From positions 128,001 through 192,000 of the forward strand of contig JBMNLH010000001.1 of the NCBI GenBank assembly GCA_050952625.1: a DNA stretch of 64,000 nt. Reading direction: 5' to 3'. The position numbers and the translations under genes were made by a program. The first letter of the stretch is position 1. The number at the start of each line of letters is the position of its first letter. Below the pieces are notes generated by a model. It did no database searches. It worked only from the letters and a program-made list of their open reading frames with translations, and was not told the origin of the DNA. Shown in pieces: positions 1 to 10,493 of this stretch. The DNA is from Bacillota bacterium (lineage in GTDB: Bacteria; Bacillota; Ch66; Ch109).

Positions 1-17
1 CTGGAGTTGATAATGGT

Positions 18-284
18 ATGGCTCATCCATCCGCTACGGAGGTATTAATTGATCTGGGTTGCCAGGATGGAACGGAGCATGTCGTGGATCCGCCCCGGGA
101 TCCGGGGATGGTCCAGGCATTTTTAACGGAGCATGGATATACTGAGACTCCTGATGGTTACGAGGTCCATCACATTATTCCTCTGTCCGAAGGTGGAGCC
201 GACCATCCGGCTAACATGGTATTAGTTTTGGAAGAAGAACATGATCAGATTACGGCGGCCCACCAGAGGTTTTATCAATGGTAA
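18..284 (+). CDS. HNH endonuclease domain protein (probably the 3' end of a gene starting before the window)
   Basis: Motif YEVHHIIPLSEGG...NMVLV..EEH. The frame is open back to the window edge (GGA GTT GAT AAT GGT ATG). Confidence 0.75.
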   Translation: MAHPSATEVLIDLGCQDGTEHVVDPPRDPGMVQAFLTEHGYTETPDGYEVHHIIPLSEGGADHPANMVLVLEEEHDQITAAHQRFYQW

Positions 285-377
285 TTAAGGTTTAACTTGA
301 GATGGTTTCTAGTTATATTTAAAGCATACTAGTTAAGTCGGTTTAAAAAGTTAACCATTGATATTCTTTAAAAATTA

Positions 378-406
378 GAAGGGAAATGGATGAATATGTC
401 GAATTT
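378..406 (+). promoter_or_regulatory. Putative sigma-H-type promoter upstream of csx1
   Basis: gaagggaaa-N11-gtcGAATtt resembles the SigH consensus RNAGGAWWW-N11/12-RNNGAAT. Confidence 0.4.
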
Positions 407-493
407 CCAGTATACAGTATTGATATGGTCGAATAACTAGTAGGTATTGCGAAACAACTTAATTATTGGGATTTAGCGTAGAACGGAGGCCTA

Positions 494-2206
494 ATGATAA
501 TGGAGAAAAAACCGTGGAAGCTAATTACCTTTATCGGGATGGGTTATTATCAGCCGACGAATTATAAGATTAAAGGAGTAGAATATCCTGACACCAAATA
601 TTTTCCCTTAGCTGCGGCTAAATGGTTGATTGAGCAAAGGGGAGATCAAGGAAAAATTGTAGTACTGGTCACTAAAGAAGTTATTGAAGATACAAAAAAC
701 CAGAATTTACAGGGATTTAAGGAAGCCTTATTACTTGACCCACAATTTAAACATCTAAATGTGCAGCAAGAAATATTTCCTTGGAAAGAAGAAAGCGAGC
801 TCTGGGAAATATTTAAGATAATCGTTAATTCGGTAGAGAATGGCGAAACCGTATATTTTGATATTACTCATTCCTTTAGATTTATCCCGTCCATCGTTTT
901 GTTGGCTTTGATTTATTTAAAAGAGGTTAAAAGGATAGACCTTCAGTCGGTGTTCTACGGAAACTTTGAGGCAACGAAATCAGGCTTTGACTATGCACCC
1001 GTATTTGATATTCTCCCTTTTGTCGATCTCGCGGAATGGCTGTTTGGGGCGCGAGTATTTAAAGAATTTGGGTTAGGCAGTATTTTAGGTGACAAAATTA
1101 AGACGGTGCAGGCTGAAATACGGAGAAAAAGCAAAGAAGGGCCGGAGAAGTTAATTAAGCTGGGGACCCGCTTGAATAATCTTTCAAGTGCTTTAGCTGT
1201 GGGTAATGCCATAGGTGTGGGTGAAAACGCCCTGAAATTGACTAATTTTATAAATCAAAATAAAGATAAAATAGAAACGGAAGTAAGGGAGTATGTCCCG
1301 CCATTGGTGCCGTTAATAGAGGGTATTGTGGATGAATATGCTCAATTTGGGCTTGAGGATATTCAGTTAAATATGAAGGAATTAGAGAGAGAAGAAAGTT
1401 TAATTCGCTGGTATCTAGAAAAAAAAGATATCGGAAAAGCCCTGCAACTGTTTAGGGAATTTATAGTAAATACTGTTTTATATATTAATGCTGGGTCGAC
1501 TCGTGAGTGGCTAAAACTGGATAATAGATTGCCCGTAGAACGGCAATTACATAATTTAAAGGTCGCTAATACAGAGGTTGGTCGCCTCTGGGATGAAATT
1601 GCATTCGAAAGAAATTCAATTGCCCATTGTGGTTTTAATAATCAAGACAAATTTAATCCGAATAAAGAGTATCGAAATTTACAGTTGGTTACCAGGCCTG
1701 ACCATAATCTTGAGGAATGGATTTCTAGAATTGCTTCAGAGGTACAAGCTTTAGCCTTCGATGAAGGATCGGTCCTGCTAACACCATTGGGGCTGTCGAA
1801 AGGGTTATTATTTACCTTATGGCAGAGATATCCTGATATTGAGCGGACCATAATTCTCACATCGGCAGAGACGGTCAACAGTATCGAAGAAGTGAAAAAG
1901 ATAACCGGATACTCAGGGGAGATCAAGATCTGCCTAGTTCAAGATCCATTTACTGCTTTTGACCAGATTGAAAATAAGTGGAAGGAAATAAAAGATTTTC
2001 TTAAAAGTAATATTATTGTTAATATCACTGGCGGTACCACAGCACTTCAATATTTGGTGGAAAAAATACAACAAAGGCTTATTAACCAGGATGTGAGAAT
2101 AACTACGGTTGCGGCTATTGATCGAAGGCCCGTGCAGGAACAAAAAGAAAACCCATGGGTAGCCGGACAGATAATTAAATTAAAGGAAGACCATCAGGAA
2201 GATTAG
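494..2206 (+). CDS. csx1: Csx1-family (TM1812/DxTHG-type) CARF-HEPN ribonuclease with an additional C-terminal CARF-like domain
   Basis: N-terminal ITFIGMGYY, DITHSFR motif, HEPN RNSIAH; C-terminal LLTPLGLSKG...IVNITGGTT CARF-like signature; adjacent to the cmr operon. Confidence 0.85.
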   Translation: MIMEKKPWKLITFIGMGYYQPTNYKIKGVEYPDTKYFPLAAAKWLIEQRGDQGKIVVLVTKEVIEDTKNQNLQGFKEALLLDPQFKHLNVQQEIFPWKEESELWEIFKIIVNSVENGETVYFDITHSFRFIPSIVLLALIYLKEVKRIDLQSVFYGNFEATKSGFDYAPVFDILPFVDLAEWLFGARVFKEFGLGSILGDKIKTVQAEIRRKSKEGPEKLIKLGTRLNNLSSALAVGNAIGVGENALKLTNFINQNKDKIETEVREYVPPLVPLIEGIVDEYAQFGLEDIQLNMKELEREESLIRWYLEKKDIGKALQLFREFIVNTVLYINAGSTREWLKLDNRLPVERQLHNLKVANTEVGRLWDEIAFERNSIAHCGFNNQDKFNPNKEYRNLQLVTRPDHNLEEWISRIASEVQALAFDEGSVLLTPLGLSKGLLFTLWQRYPDIERTIILTSAETVNSIEEVKKITGYSGEIKICLVQDPFTAFDQIENKWKEIKDFLKSNIIVNITGGTTALQYLVEKIQQRLINQDVRITTVAAIDRRPVQEQKENPWVAGQIIKLKEDHQED

Positions 2207-2260
2207 GTGACCTGAAATTCTAAAAGTGATCAAAGCAGGCAAAATTTTTTTGTCTAGATT

Positions 2261-3547
2261 ATGAGGTGGAATGTGGCTAGAGTTCTCATTTCAGGCATAG
2301 GTACTGGCCAGCTTAATGGTCAGGATGATTATGGGCTTGAACACCGAAGAAAATACCGAACAGCAACTTATCTTATTGATCAGAAAAAATATGAAACAGA
2401 GTTTATAGCCAGTGCATTAATAGAACATTACCAAATTGAAAAGGTGTTTCTTGTTGGTACCGTAAAATCAATGTGGGAAAATGTATATGAGTATTTTGCT
2501 GGTGCTAACCTGGATGAAGAATATTATTTCCATTTGGTTGAAGCAATTGAAAAATCAAATTATTTAGATCAATGCTTTGACATGGACTATCTTGGCAACG
2601 TGAACGAAGCAATGAACTGTTTTCTTAAGTCGAGTGACTCACGTTGTTTTTTAATTAAGTACGGCTTGAATGAAGAGGAAATTATCTATAATTTCGGGAT
2701 ATTTCAGGATATCGCGGAGTTGTTGGAAAGTGGAGACGAGGTGTTTCTGGACATAACTCATTCTTTTCGGTCATTGGCTCTATTTCAATACACAATGGTC
2801 AATTACATAGACAATTTGTCACACAAAAACATTGAGGTTAAGGGCGTGTTTTACGGCATGCTCGAAACTGCTCGGGAGATGCAGGGCATTACACCGGTGG
2901 TTAATCTTAAAACAGTGTATGAATTAAGCAATTGGGTAAAAGCCATTCATGAGTTAAAGAGTTACGGAAATGGTTATATAGTATCGGATTTATTAAGAGA
3001 TTATGATAAACGACTAGCTAACAAGATCAAAATGTTTTCGGACCTGGTTAATTTAAACTACCTGGCTGGGGTAAAAAACCAAGTGGACAATCTGTCGAGA
3101 TTAAACTTTGAACACATAAATGGGCCGGGCAGTATGGTGGCAGAGTATCTAAATCGTTATGTTAACCGGTTCGCGTCAATCAGAAATGAGTGGGAGTTCC
3201 AGTTTGAAATGGCAAAGTGGTATTTTGAAAATAAACGGTATGCTACGGGTTATATTGCTTTGATAGAATCGATATTAACTCGAATTTGCGAATTGTTAGC
3301 TTTAGATCCTAAAATTAAAAACAATAGAGATGAAGCGAAAAATATTCTCTATAATAACCGATCAGGTGCTAATTTGAGAGAGGTCAGGTATAAGTTCGAT
3401 GCGATTAATAGAATCCGTAAGAATGTGGCGCATGTCCTTGATGATCGGGACGAAAGGAATTATTTGACGGATGTGCGGCAGTCAGCTTATTACATCCGGA
3501 GTTTAGAAGGATTATTAAAGCGTCTGTCGGCTGATGATTTAAGGTGA
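2261..3547 (+). CDS. csx1: Second Csx1-family CARF-HEPN ribonuclease (TIGR02221-like); true start may be GTG 2273
   Basis: VLISGIG start, LVGT..SMW, DITHSFRS, HEPN RKNVAH. Confidence 0.85.
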   Translation: MRWNVARVLISGIGTGQLNGQDDYGLEHRRKYRTATYLIDQKKYETEFIASALIEHYQIEKVFLVGTVKSMWENVYEYFAGANLDEEYYFHLVEAIEKSNYLDQCFDMDYLGNVNEAMNCFLKSSDSRCFLIKYGLNEEEIIYNFGIFQDIAELLESGDEVFLDITHSFRSLALFQYTMVNYIDNLSHKNIEVKGVFYGMLETAREMQGITPVVNLKTVYELSNWVKAIHELKSYGNGYIVSDLLRDYDKRLANKIKMFSDLVNLNYLAGVKNQVDNLSRLNFEHINGPGSMVAEYLNRYVNRFASIRNEWEFQFEMAKWYFENKRYATGYIALIESILTRICELLALDPKIKNNRDEAKNILYNNRSGANLREVRYKFDAINRIRKNVAHVLDDRDERNYLTDVRQSAYYIRSLEGLLKRLSADDLR

Positions 3548-3877
3548 GCCTTTATGATCTGATTCAAGCTAGATCCAAAACAGGTGGCTTTTCTGACCTT
3601 ACCCGGTAAGGTTGTATTGCATGGCAACCTAACGGGGTTATTTTTTGAAAAAGGAGTGGCTTAAATTTTTTCATTCATTGAAGCTTTCCTTTTGCCCGTT
3701 TGTAGACTTTTCTGCTAGTTGAACTATATCTACTTGTTTGCTCTTTATAAATGTTAATAAATCTTGACGAATGATGTCGAATTGTTTTTTTGAAATAGAA
3801 TCTGCTATAAATTAAATCCTAGTAATATAGTCTACTTTAAATTAGCGAGATATTGATTATGTTAATAGACTATTAAA

Positions 3878-3907
3878 AGAGGAAAATCAATAAATAATGT
3901 CGAAATA
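3878..3907 (+). promoter_or_regulatory. Putative sigma-H-type promoter upstream of cmr1
   Basis: agAGGAaaa-N12-gtcGAAAta. Confidence 0.35.
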
Positions 3908-3982
3908 CCATAATGTAGTATGCAATTCTGCGGTATTACGTAATTTTTTTTTCTCGGTAAAGGAGTACAAAGGGGTGTTGGC

Positions 3983-4972
3983 ATGCCGGATCTTAACCAA
4001 TTAATAGAGGCATCGGCGATTCAGTGTAAAACATTTAATTGTACTGTGCTAACTCCGCTGTTCCTGCATGGTTGGCAGGAGACAGTGGTGACTGGCCACG
4101 GGAGACCAGTAAATAGGCCGGTCAGCGCAGAGTTCCGAATCCCCTCAATGAAAGGGGTATTGCGTTACTGGTGGCGGACCTTACAACCACTTAAACTTCA
4201 AGCTTTGCAGCAAAAGGAACAAGAATTGTTTGGCGGAACTAGCGGTGATAAAGGACAAAGATCCCCTTTATTGCTGAAAGTCAGCATATTGGATAGAGGT
4301 CCAAGCTCAGAAAATATGAACACATCATCCCTGTGTCCGCATAAAGGTGGCATGCCATCACTGGCCCTGCCTGCGGACCGAGAGTTTGCTTTTGAGCTTG
4401 CAGTGCATCAGCGCAATGCCGCGAGATTATCTGAATACGAAGCAATATGTCAATTCATGTTTCTCTTGGCTGGTTTCGGACAAAGGTCTCGTCGGGGAGC
4501 GGGGTCGCTTCAGGTTGAAGGGCTATGTTGGCAAAACATTAAGGAGTATCAAAACTCTTTGCGGGAAACTTTGCAATCCCTAAATTGCGCGAATGATTTT
4601 GAGTTTCCAAATGGTAATACGGGCGGATGTTTGCTACAACGCAAACGACGGGAGTCAACGGAGGCGAGGGGGGCTTTTCACCCGATTTTGCAGCGGGTCT
4701 GGGTTGGATCCGATTCTCGGACTGCAGAAGAGGCTAGACGCCAAATCAGTAATGCCGGCCATCTAGCTAATCCTAGTGGAAAAGCCCAGTATTTAGGCAA
4801 TGTAGGGGGCAAAGGGATTGCTCGTTTAGCTTCGCCTCTTTTGTGTACGGTTAGAAAAATCGGAGAAGCCTACTGCCCCATTGTGAGTGAAGTCAGCAGC
4901 CCGCATCTAGGGAAAAACGTATACATACAACGACGAAACGAGTTTTTAGAGGCTCTGGGGGTGAAGGTGTGA
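3983..4972 (+). CDS. cmr1: Type III-B RAMP Cmr1
   Basis: LTPLFLHG, FRIPSMKGVLRYWWR, LFGG, GFGQRSRRGAG glycine loop. Confidence 0.93.
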   Translation: MPDLNQLIEASAIQCKTFNCTVLTPLFLHGWQETVVTGHGRPVNRPVSAEFRIPSMKGVLRYWWRTLQPLKLQALQQKEQELFGGTSGDKGQRSPLLLKVSILDRGPSSENMNTSSLCPHKGGMPSLALPADREFAFELAVHQRNAARLSEYEAICQFMFLLAGFGQRSRRGAGSLQVEGLCWQNIKEYQNSLRETLQSLNCANDFEFPNGNTGGCLLQRKRRESTEARGAFHPILQRVWVGSDSRTAEEARRQISNAGHLANPSGKAQYLGNVGGKGIARLASPLLCTVRKIGEAYCPIVSEVSSPHLGKNVYIQRRNEFLEALGVKV

Positions 4973-6714
4973 GTGAGGTCGGCAATTTGCTGGTTTTTAG
5001 CGTAGGCCCAGTTCAGAGTTTTATTGCCTCGGCCAGGAAGATTGAGGATTTATGGAGCGGGAGTTACATTCTTTCCCATCTAGCTGAACAAGCCATGAGC
5101 GTTATCTTGGAACAGGCGGAAGCTAAACAAGTTAAGGCAGAAATGATTTATCCTCCGATGAAATCATCAACCGGTCCGCAGCATCAGCAAGCTGGAAACC
5201 GGGTAGCTCATATTGAAGTAGCGTCACAGCCTAACCGGTTTATTTGTTGGTTGGAAGCAGACAGTCAAACGGTATCAGTAATAGCTCGACAGGCAGAAAA
5301 AAAGGTCCGGGACAGTCTGGTTGACCTGGGCGAATACGCCTTGCGCCGCGTTTTCCCTAAAGATGCTAATCGGGATTATATGTTGGACCTGCACCGGCAG
5401 CAGGTGGATAACCTGCTGGAAGTTTACTGGGCCACGGAGCCGTTTGCTCTGACTGATGACTATAATCAAGCTCGAAACCAGGTGGAAAAGCGGTTGGCGG
5501 CGGTAAAAAACGCCCGTCCCTATCATCCCTATCGGCAGCAGGGATTGGTGTGTACCCTCTGCGGGGAACAGCAGGCCTTAATTTCCCGATGTTTGCCTGA
5601 TCAAGAATGGATTACGTACGCTCTCATGAAAGAAACATTGGCCGGTACTTGGAATAAACGGCATGATCAGTTTAAAGCCCCGCTGGAGTTAGATGCGGAT
5701 GACCAGAAGGTGGGGCGGATAAAAGACAACGAGGGTTTGTGCGGCATTTGTCTGAGCAAACGGCTAGCTCGGGATTACTTTAAAGATAAGTACCAGGCCC
5801 CCAATGCCTTTGCGCCTTTCCCTTCGACCCAGGATATCACCGGTGGCAGCAAGTATTACGCCATTTTAATGATGGACGGGGACGACATGGGTAAGTGGGT
5901 TTCCGGGCAAAAGAAAAACCCGCCAGTAAAAGTAGATATGCAGTATCAGCAGGATTTGAGCAAAAAATTGGAGGAGTTTGCCCTCACCTCAGTTCCTAAA
6001 TTGGTGAATGAGTTTGAAGGTAAACTCATTTATGCCGGGGGAGACGATGTCTTGGCTTTTGTCCCGGTCCGACACGCCCTGAACTTAGCCCGTTCACTGC
6101 GCCTGGCTTTCAGCGATCCCCAAAAAGGGTTAGACCCGGAGGCCACTGCTTCGATCGGGGTGGTGGTGGTTCACGCCAAAGCTCCGCTGGCAATGGCCTT
6201 GGAGTATGCCCGGCAAATGGAAAGCAAGGCCAAAGCCTATCGGCACGCTAATGGTCGGGCCAAAGACGCACTGGGATTAGCGGTGATCACCCATAGCGGC
6301 GAGATTCGGGAAGCTATATTACCTTGGGCAATGGATGGCCAGCGATATACTGGGGAAAAAGCCCAATGTTCAATTGGTTATTTGCTGGCTTTGTTTCAGT
6401 TGGTAGAGACTGATCTCTCGGTCAGCTTCATTGAGCATTTTGCCCAGGCTTTTTTACCGCTGCTCGGGGCGGATTTGAAAGGCCAGCGCAAGTTTAAAGT
6501 CTTAGACGAACCAGAGTTAAACCAAAAACTGCTGTGTAGTGAGATGCACCGGGTATTGGAGCGGTCAAAAAAAGAAGACTCACGGCGGCAGGATTTGGCT
6601 AAGCAGGCGCAAATCATGATTCAACTCCATGAGCTAATGCCTTCTGGCCTGCAATTCATCCATCTGTTAGAAATGGCGCGGTTCTTTAAGCGTACCGGAG
6701 GTGATAAGTCATGA
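4969..6714 (+). CDS. cmr2: Cas10/Cmr2, lacking the HD nuclease domain, cyclase palm intact
   Basis: Begins directly at GPVQSFIASARK..DLWSGSY; CxxC pairs; MDGDDMG and YAGGDD motifs. Confidence 0.95.
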   Translation: MSEVGNLLVFSVGPVQSFIASARKIEDLWSGSYILSHLAEQAMSVILEQAEAKQVKAEMIYPPMKSSTGPQHQQAGNRVAHIEVASQPNRFICWLEADSQTVSVIARQAEKKVRDSLVDLGEYALRRVFPKDANRDYMLDLHRQQVDNLLEVYWATEPFALTDDYNQARNQVEKRLAAVKNARPYHPYRQQGLVCTLCGEQQALISRCLPDQEWITYALMKETLAGTWNKRHDQFKAPLELDADDQKVGRIKDNEGLCGICLSKRLARDYFKDKYQAPNAFAPFPSTQDITGGSKYYAILMMDGDDMGKWVSGQKKNPPVKVDMQYQQDLSKKLEEFALTSVPKLVNEFEGKLIYAGGDDVLAFVPVRHALNLARSLRLAFSDPQKGLDPEATASIGVVVVHAKAPLAMALEYARQMESKAKAYRHANGRAKDALGLAVITHSGEIREAILPWAMDGQRYTGEKAQCSIGYLLALFQLVETDLSVSFIEHFAQAFLPLLGADLKGQRKFKVLDEPELNQKLLCSEMHRVLERSKKEDSRRQDLAKQAQIMIQLHELMPSGLQFIHLLEMARFFKRTGGDKS

Positions 6715-7850
6715 AACAGCTTTTTATGCAACCAGTAGATACCTTCTTTTTCCGTAATCAAAAGGATTTTACCCCCGGGGTGAATTCGATGGCTGCTTCA
6801 GTTTTTCCGCCCCGCCCGGGAACGGTCTACGGAGCTTTGCGCAGTGCTTATATCAACCAATACAGCACTTTCGAGCAGTTTCGTACCGGGTGTGAGGGCC
6901 AGGTTAAAGAGTGGATGGGAACCCCGGTCGAACCGGGTCGGTTTCGGCTGCGCGGGTGTTTTCTTCACGATCAACAGCAGCCGATCTTACCGTTGCCTCT
7001 GGATTACCAAGTTGTCGAAACTGAGCATACGGGCGAAGCAGCCGAAATAGCCTATCCGCTGAAACTGACCTTAGACGTTGTTCCCGCTTCTGATGGACGT
7101 CAGTACCGACTCTACGGGGTTCGGGATGAAAAAAGCGGCTCCAGCGCAGGAGCTTATCTCCCGTTGTCAGACTGGAAAAAAGCATTGCTTGAGCCGTCAA
7201 GCGTACATATTTATCGAAGCAGCCACTGGATGATCCAAGAGGACAAGCTCGGAATCGCCCGGGATTGGGCCACCCGAACCGCTAGAGAGGGCATGCTCTA
7301 TCAAATTAAAACAAACCGTTTTATTGAAGCGAAAGAACCGGCCCGAAGCCCGGGCTTGTTAGCGGTCTGTACGGATGCTCCGGATTTTTCCGAGATTTCC
7401 TTGGTCCGGCTGGGGGGACGGAATCGTCCCTGGGCACTTAAATCCATACCGGACGAGTTTGGGATGTTTAAAGCCAAAGAGGAACGGTTAATTGAAGAAC
7501 GGATTGCCAGCAGCCAAATTGCCCGTTTGATACTGTTGACCCCAGCCATTTGGCGGGAAGATTCGTCGTTCTATCAACAGCAAGCTGGAGTTTTTCAACT
7601 GCGGCCGGGCCTCTCCTTCCCTGTTTTGGCCGAAGCAATCGGCCGGCCAGTATTGGTCGGGGGATGGGACATTGTCCGGAATGCGCCGAAACCAAGGATT
7701 CAGGCGGTCCCAGCCGGCACGGTTCTCTATCTGCGAGTATCGAAAGAACAGGCCTCAGCTTTGGTCCAAGGCTTGAAAGAAACGATGGTTAGTGATGAGT
7801 TGGCTTACGAAGGTTATGGCTGGGCAGTTTGCGGACCAGTCAAATTATAA
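6711..7850 (+). CDS. cmr3: Type III-B Cmr3
   Basis: PVDTFFFR, PPRPGTVYGALR, GGWD...PKP...VPAGTV, GYG. Confidence 0.93.
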   Translation: MKQLFMQPVDTFFFRNQKDFTPGVNSMAASVFPPRPGTVYGALRSAYINQYSTFEQFRTGCEGQVKEWMGTPVEPGRFRLRGCFLHDQQQPILPLPLDYQVVETEHTGEAAEIAYPLKLTLDVVPASDGRQYRLYGVRDEKSGSSAGAYLPLSDWKKALLEPSSVHIYRSSHWMIQEDKLGIARDWATRTAREGMLYQIKTNRFIEAKEPARSPGLLAVCTDAPDFSEISLVRLGGRNRPWALKSIPDEFGMFKAKEERLIEERIASSQIARLILLTPAIWREDSSFYQQQAGVFQLRPGLSFPVLAEAIGRPVLVGGWDIVRNAPKPRIQAVPAGTVLYLRVSKEQASALVQGLKETMVSDELAYEGYGWAVCGPVKL

Positions 7851-7862
7851 GGGGGTAGGAAT

Positions 7863-8765
7863 ATGTTTAACCTTAAGAAAATGCTATTTTTGCACGCTAT
7901 TACTTCAGTTCATGCCGGCAGCGGAAGTGAACTGGGTTTAGTGGATTTGCCGATCCAGCGGGAAAAACACACCGGTTATCCGAAAATTGAAAGCTCTTCC
8001 CTGAAAGGGGCGGTCAGAGCCACGGTTAGTGCGGTTGTCAACAGCGATGTTAAATCCCCTGAGGATAAAGAGATGATTGAGGTGGTCTTTGGTAAAGAGG
8101 GCGATGAGAAGAAGAACAATGCGCAGGCCGGAGCAATTTCCCTGTCGGATGCGCGGCTTCTGCTTTTCCCCGTGCGTTCGCTACGCGGCGTGTTTGCCTG
8201 GGTTACTTGTCCGCTGGTGCTTAAACGGTACAATCAAGAACTAAAACTATACTGCCCTGACCAACCGCTGTTGCCGATTCCAGAAACAAAAACCGCGGCC
8301 GGAGAGGCGATTATCGTTAATCCTCGAGAAACTCAGAAACAGGTGGTGCTTGAGGAATACACGTATGAAGTAAAGGTGGATGACGCCTGCCGGAAATTGG
8401 CAGAATACTTACAAGAAAAGGTTTTTCCTGGATTAGATAATGGAATTAGGGAACGGCTGTTAGTCCTGCCAGATGATGATTTTACGGATTTTGTGACCTT
8501 ATCGACCGAGGTTAATGCCCGCATTCGGATAGACCCCGAGACCGGTACCGTTAAAGATGGGGCCCTCTGGTATGAGGAGAATGTTCCCCCAGAGAGCGTT
8601 TTTTACAGCTTCTGTTTTATTGGCCAGGGCCGCTTAACCGGCCAGGAGAAAAAAGCAGAAGAAATCTGGCAGTACCTCAAGCGGGATGATATATTTCCAG
8701 AGGTCTTCCAACTGGGAGGCAACAGCACCCTGGGCAAAGGCATTTTGCGTCGAATCTGGCGTTAA
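7863..8765 (+). CDS. cmr4: Type III-B RAMP Cmr4 (target RNA cleavage subunit)
   Basis: HAGSG...VDLPIQREKHTGYP..SSLKGA, LWYEE, QLGGNSTLGKG. Confidence 0.95.
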   Translation: MFNLKKMLFLHAITSVHAGSGSELGLVDLPIQREKHTGYPKIESSSLKGAVRATVSAVVNSDVKSPEDKEMIEVVFGKEGDEKKNNAQAGAISLSDARLLLFPVRSLRGVFAWVTCPLVLKRYNQELKLYCPDQPLLPIPETKTAAGEAIIVNPRETQKQVVLEEYTYEVKVDDACRKLAEYLQEKVFPGLDNGIRERLLVLPDDDFTDFVTLSTEVNARIRIDPETGTVKDGALWYEENVPPESVFYSFCFIGQGRLTGQEKKAEEIWQYLKRDDIFPEVFQLGGNSTLGKGILRRIWR

Positions 8766-8789
8766 TTTACGGAATTAGGGGGGCGGACA

Positions 8790-9251
8790 ATGAGCAAGGA
8801 AAAAGCAAAGGCAAAAGCAAAAGAAAAAGCTGCCGCTACGCGGGTGGGCATTGAAAACGGCCGGGCTGCTTATGCCTTTCAAAAGATTAACGATTACGTG
8901 CAGGATAATATTAATAATGAAAAGGGGCTGAAGGAGTACCGTTCCTATCTGAAAAAACTTCCGGCCATGATCCAGGTAAATGGGTTAGGCCAAACCCTGG
9001 CCTTCTGTTTTGCCAAAGGAGGACAATATCAAGTTATTTACGGTCAGCTTGAGGAGTGGATTCGGCAGCAGCAATCGACCTTGATCAAGCAGTATGATAA
9101 TAAACCAGCCAAGAAGTTTGTGGAACTAGTCGTGATGATGGATAGCCGCGATTACCGAATCATAACCAATGAGGTTATTGCGGTGCTTGATTGGATGCGG
9201 CGTTTCGCTGACGGGCTGATTCGCCCGCTGGTTAACGAGCAGGAGGGTTAA
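8790..9251 (+). CDS. cmr5: Type III-B small subunit Cmr5
   Basis: YRSYLKKLPAMIQVNGLGQTLAF, WMRRFA. Confidence 0.93.
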   Translation: MSKEKAKAKAKEKAAATRVGIENGRAAYAFQKINDYVQDNINNEKGLKEYRSYLKKLPAMIQVNGLGQTLAFCFAKGGQYQVIYGQLEEWIRQQQSTLIKQYDNKPAKKFVELVVMMDSRDYRIITNEVIAVLDWMRRFADGLIRPLVNEQEG

Positions 9252-9266
9252 GGGGGTGGAGGATTC

Positions 9267-10493
9267 GTGTACTATCATCCCAAAGATACGCAAGACATCT
9301 TTGAAAAGAAAATTAGTAATTTGAACGAGAGCGTAGATAATTTATGGTACCGAGTGCATTATTTTCAACAGAACTCGTTGCATGATAAAAGTCAAAATAG
9401 ATTGGTTAAACTGCCGAAGAATTTGCGTTTAAATCGGCCCACCCAGTCGTTTCTTAACCAGCGATTGCAGCAACGGGCCCAGTTGTTAAGCCATCTGCAG
9501 GCCAGTTGTGAGTTGGCCGGGCTGAAGGGATTTTTACAAGGAAGACTAATCCACGGACTGGGCGGGGCGCATGTCCGGGAAACCTCGCTGACGCTGCATC
9601 CCCTCTACGGTCTGCCTTATATCCCGGGTTCGAGTCTGAAGGGAGCGGTCCGCAACTGGGTTTTACAGGCTTTTTTTCAGGGTGACGAAGATTCCTTGAA
9701 GAAGGAAACTCATTTAGATCAAACGAAGGCTGAAATACGGACAATCTTTTTTGACTTGTTTGGAAGCGAGGAACAAGCCGGATTGGTTGAGTTTTTTGAT
9801 GCCTTTGTTGAGTCTGATTTTTCTCTGCAACCGGATATTTTGACTGTTCATTTTCCTAAGTATTACAGTGGCGAGAAATCGCCGACCGATGATCAGAATC
9901 CCAATCCGGTCGATTTCTATACCATAAATTGTTCTTATCTACAGTTTTTCTTGGCGGTTAAGAAGGGGCGATCAACCCGGTCCAGCTTAAATAGTGCTCA
10001 ATTGATGGAATTAGCCGTAGCTTGGACGCAAAAAGCTTTGAGCGAGTTGGGGATTGGCTCCAAGACTTCAGCGGGCTATGGCTATTTTTCCAAGTTTGAG
10101 CAAATTAAGGTTAATAACCTTCGCTCAATTACTGCTGTCAATCAGTCTAGTCGAAAAAACACTGACAACAAGTCAGCGGATAGTTCAGTAAAAGGCCCGG
10201 CCCCGGCCAAGGACAAAAATAGTCCGGTTGGTCAAGTGGAAAGTCAACCAATGGATCTAGGACCCGGGCTAATATTGGTCCGGCTAATTAACCAGTTGGC
10301 TGAGAAAAGTGAGCAGGACCGCAACCGCAGCAAGGGAGAAGTCTACCAACAGGTACTGGCTTTGGCTGAGCAAGGGGAACTGGAACCAGCCCGATCGCTT
10401 AAAGCGTATTGGGAAAGGTCCGGTGATTGGAAAAAACCGAATAAAAAGCAGCAGCAGAAGATAGATGCGATAAGAAAGATATTAGGAGAATAA
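9267..10493 (+). CDS. cmr6: Type III-B RAMP Cmr6
   Basis: LHPLYGLPYIPGSSLKG, DILTVHFPKYY, GIGSKTSAGYG. Confidence 0.93.
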   Translation: MYYHPKDTQDIFEKKISNLNESVDNLWYRVHYFQQNSLHDKSQNRLVKLPKNLRLNRPTQSFLNQRLQQRAQLLSHLQASCELAGLKGFLQGRLIHGLGGAHVRETSLTLHPLYGLPYIPGSSLKGAVRNWVLQAFFQGDEDSLKKETHLDQTKAEIRTIFFDLFGSEEQAGLVEFFDAFVESDFSLQPDILTVHFPKYYSGEKSPTDDQNPNPVDFYTINCSYLQFFLAVKKGRSTRSSLNSAQLMELAVAWTQKALSELGIGSKTSAGYGYFSKFEQIKVNNLRSITAVNQSSRKNTDNKSADSSVKGPAPAKDKNSPVGQVESQPMDLGPGLILVRLINQLAEKSEQDRNRSKGEVYQQVLALAEQGELEPARSLKAYWERSGDWKKPNKKQQQKIDAIRKILGE

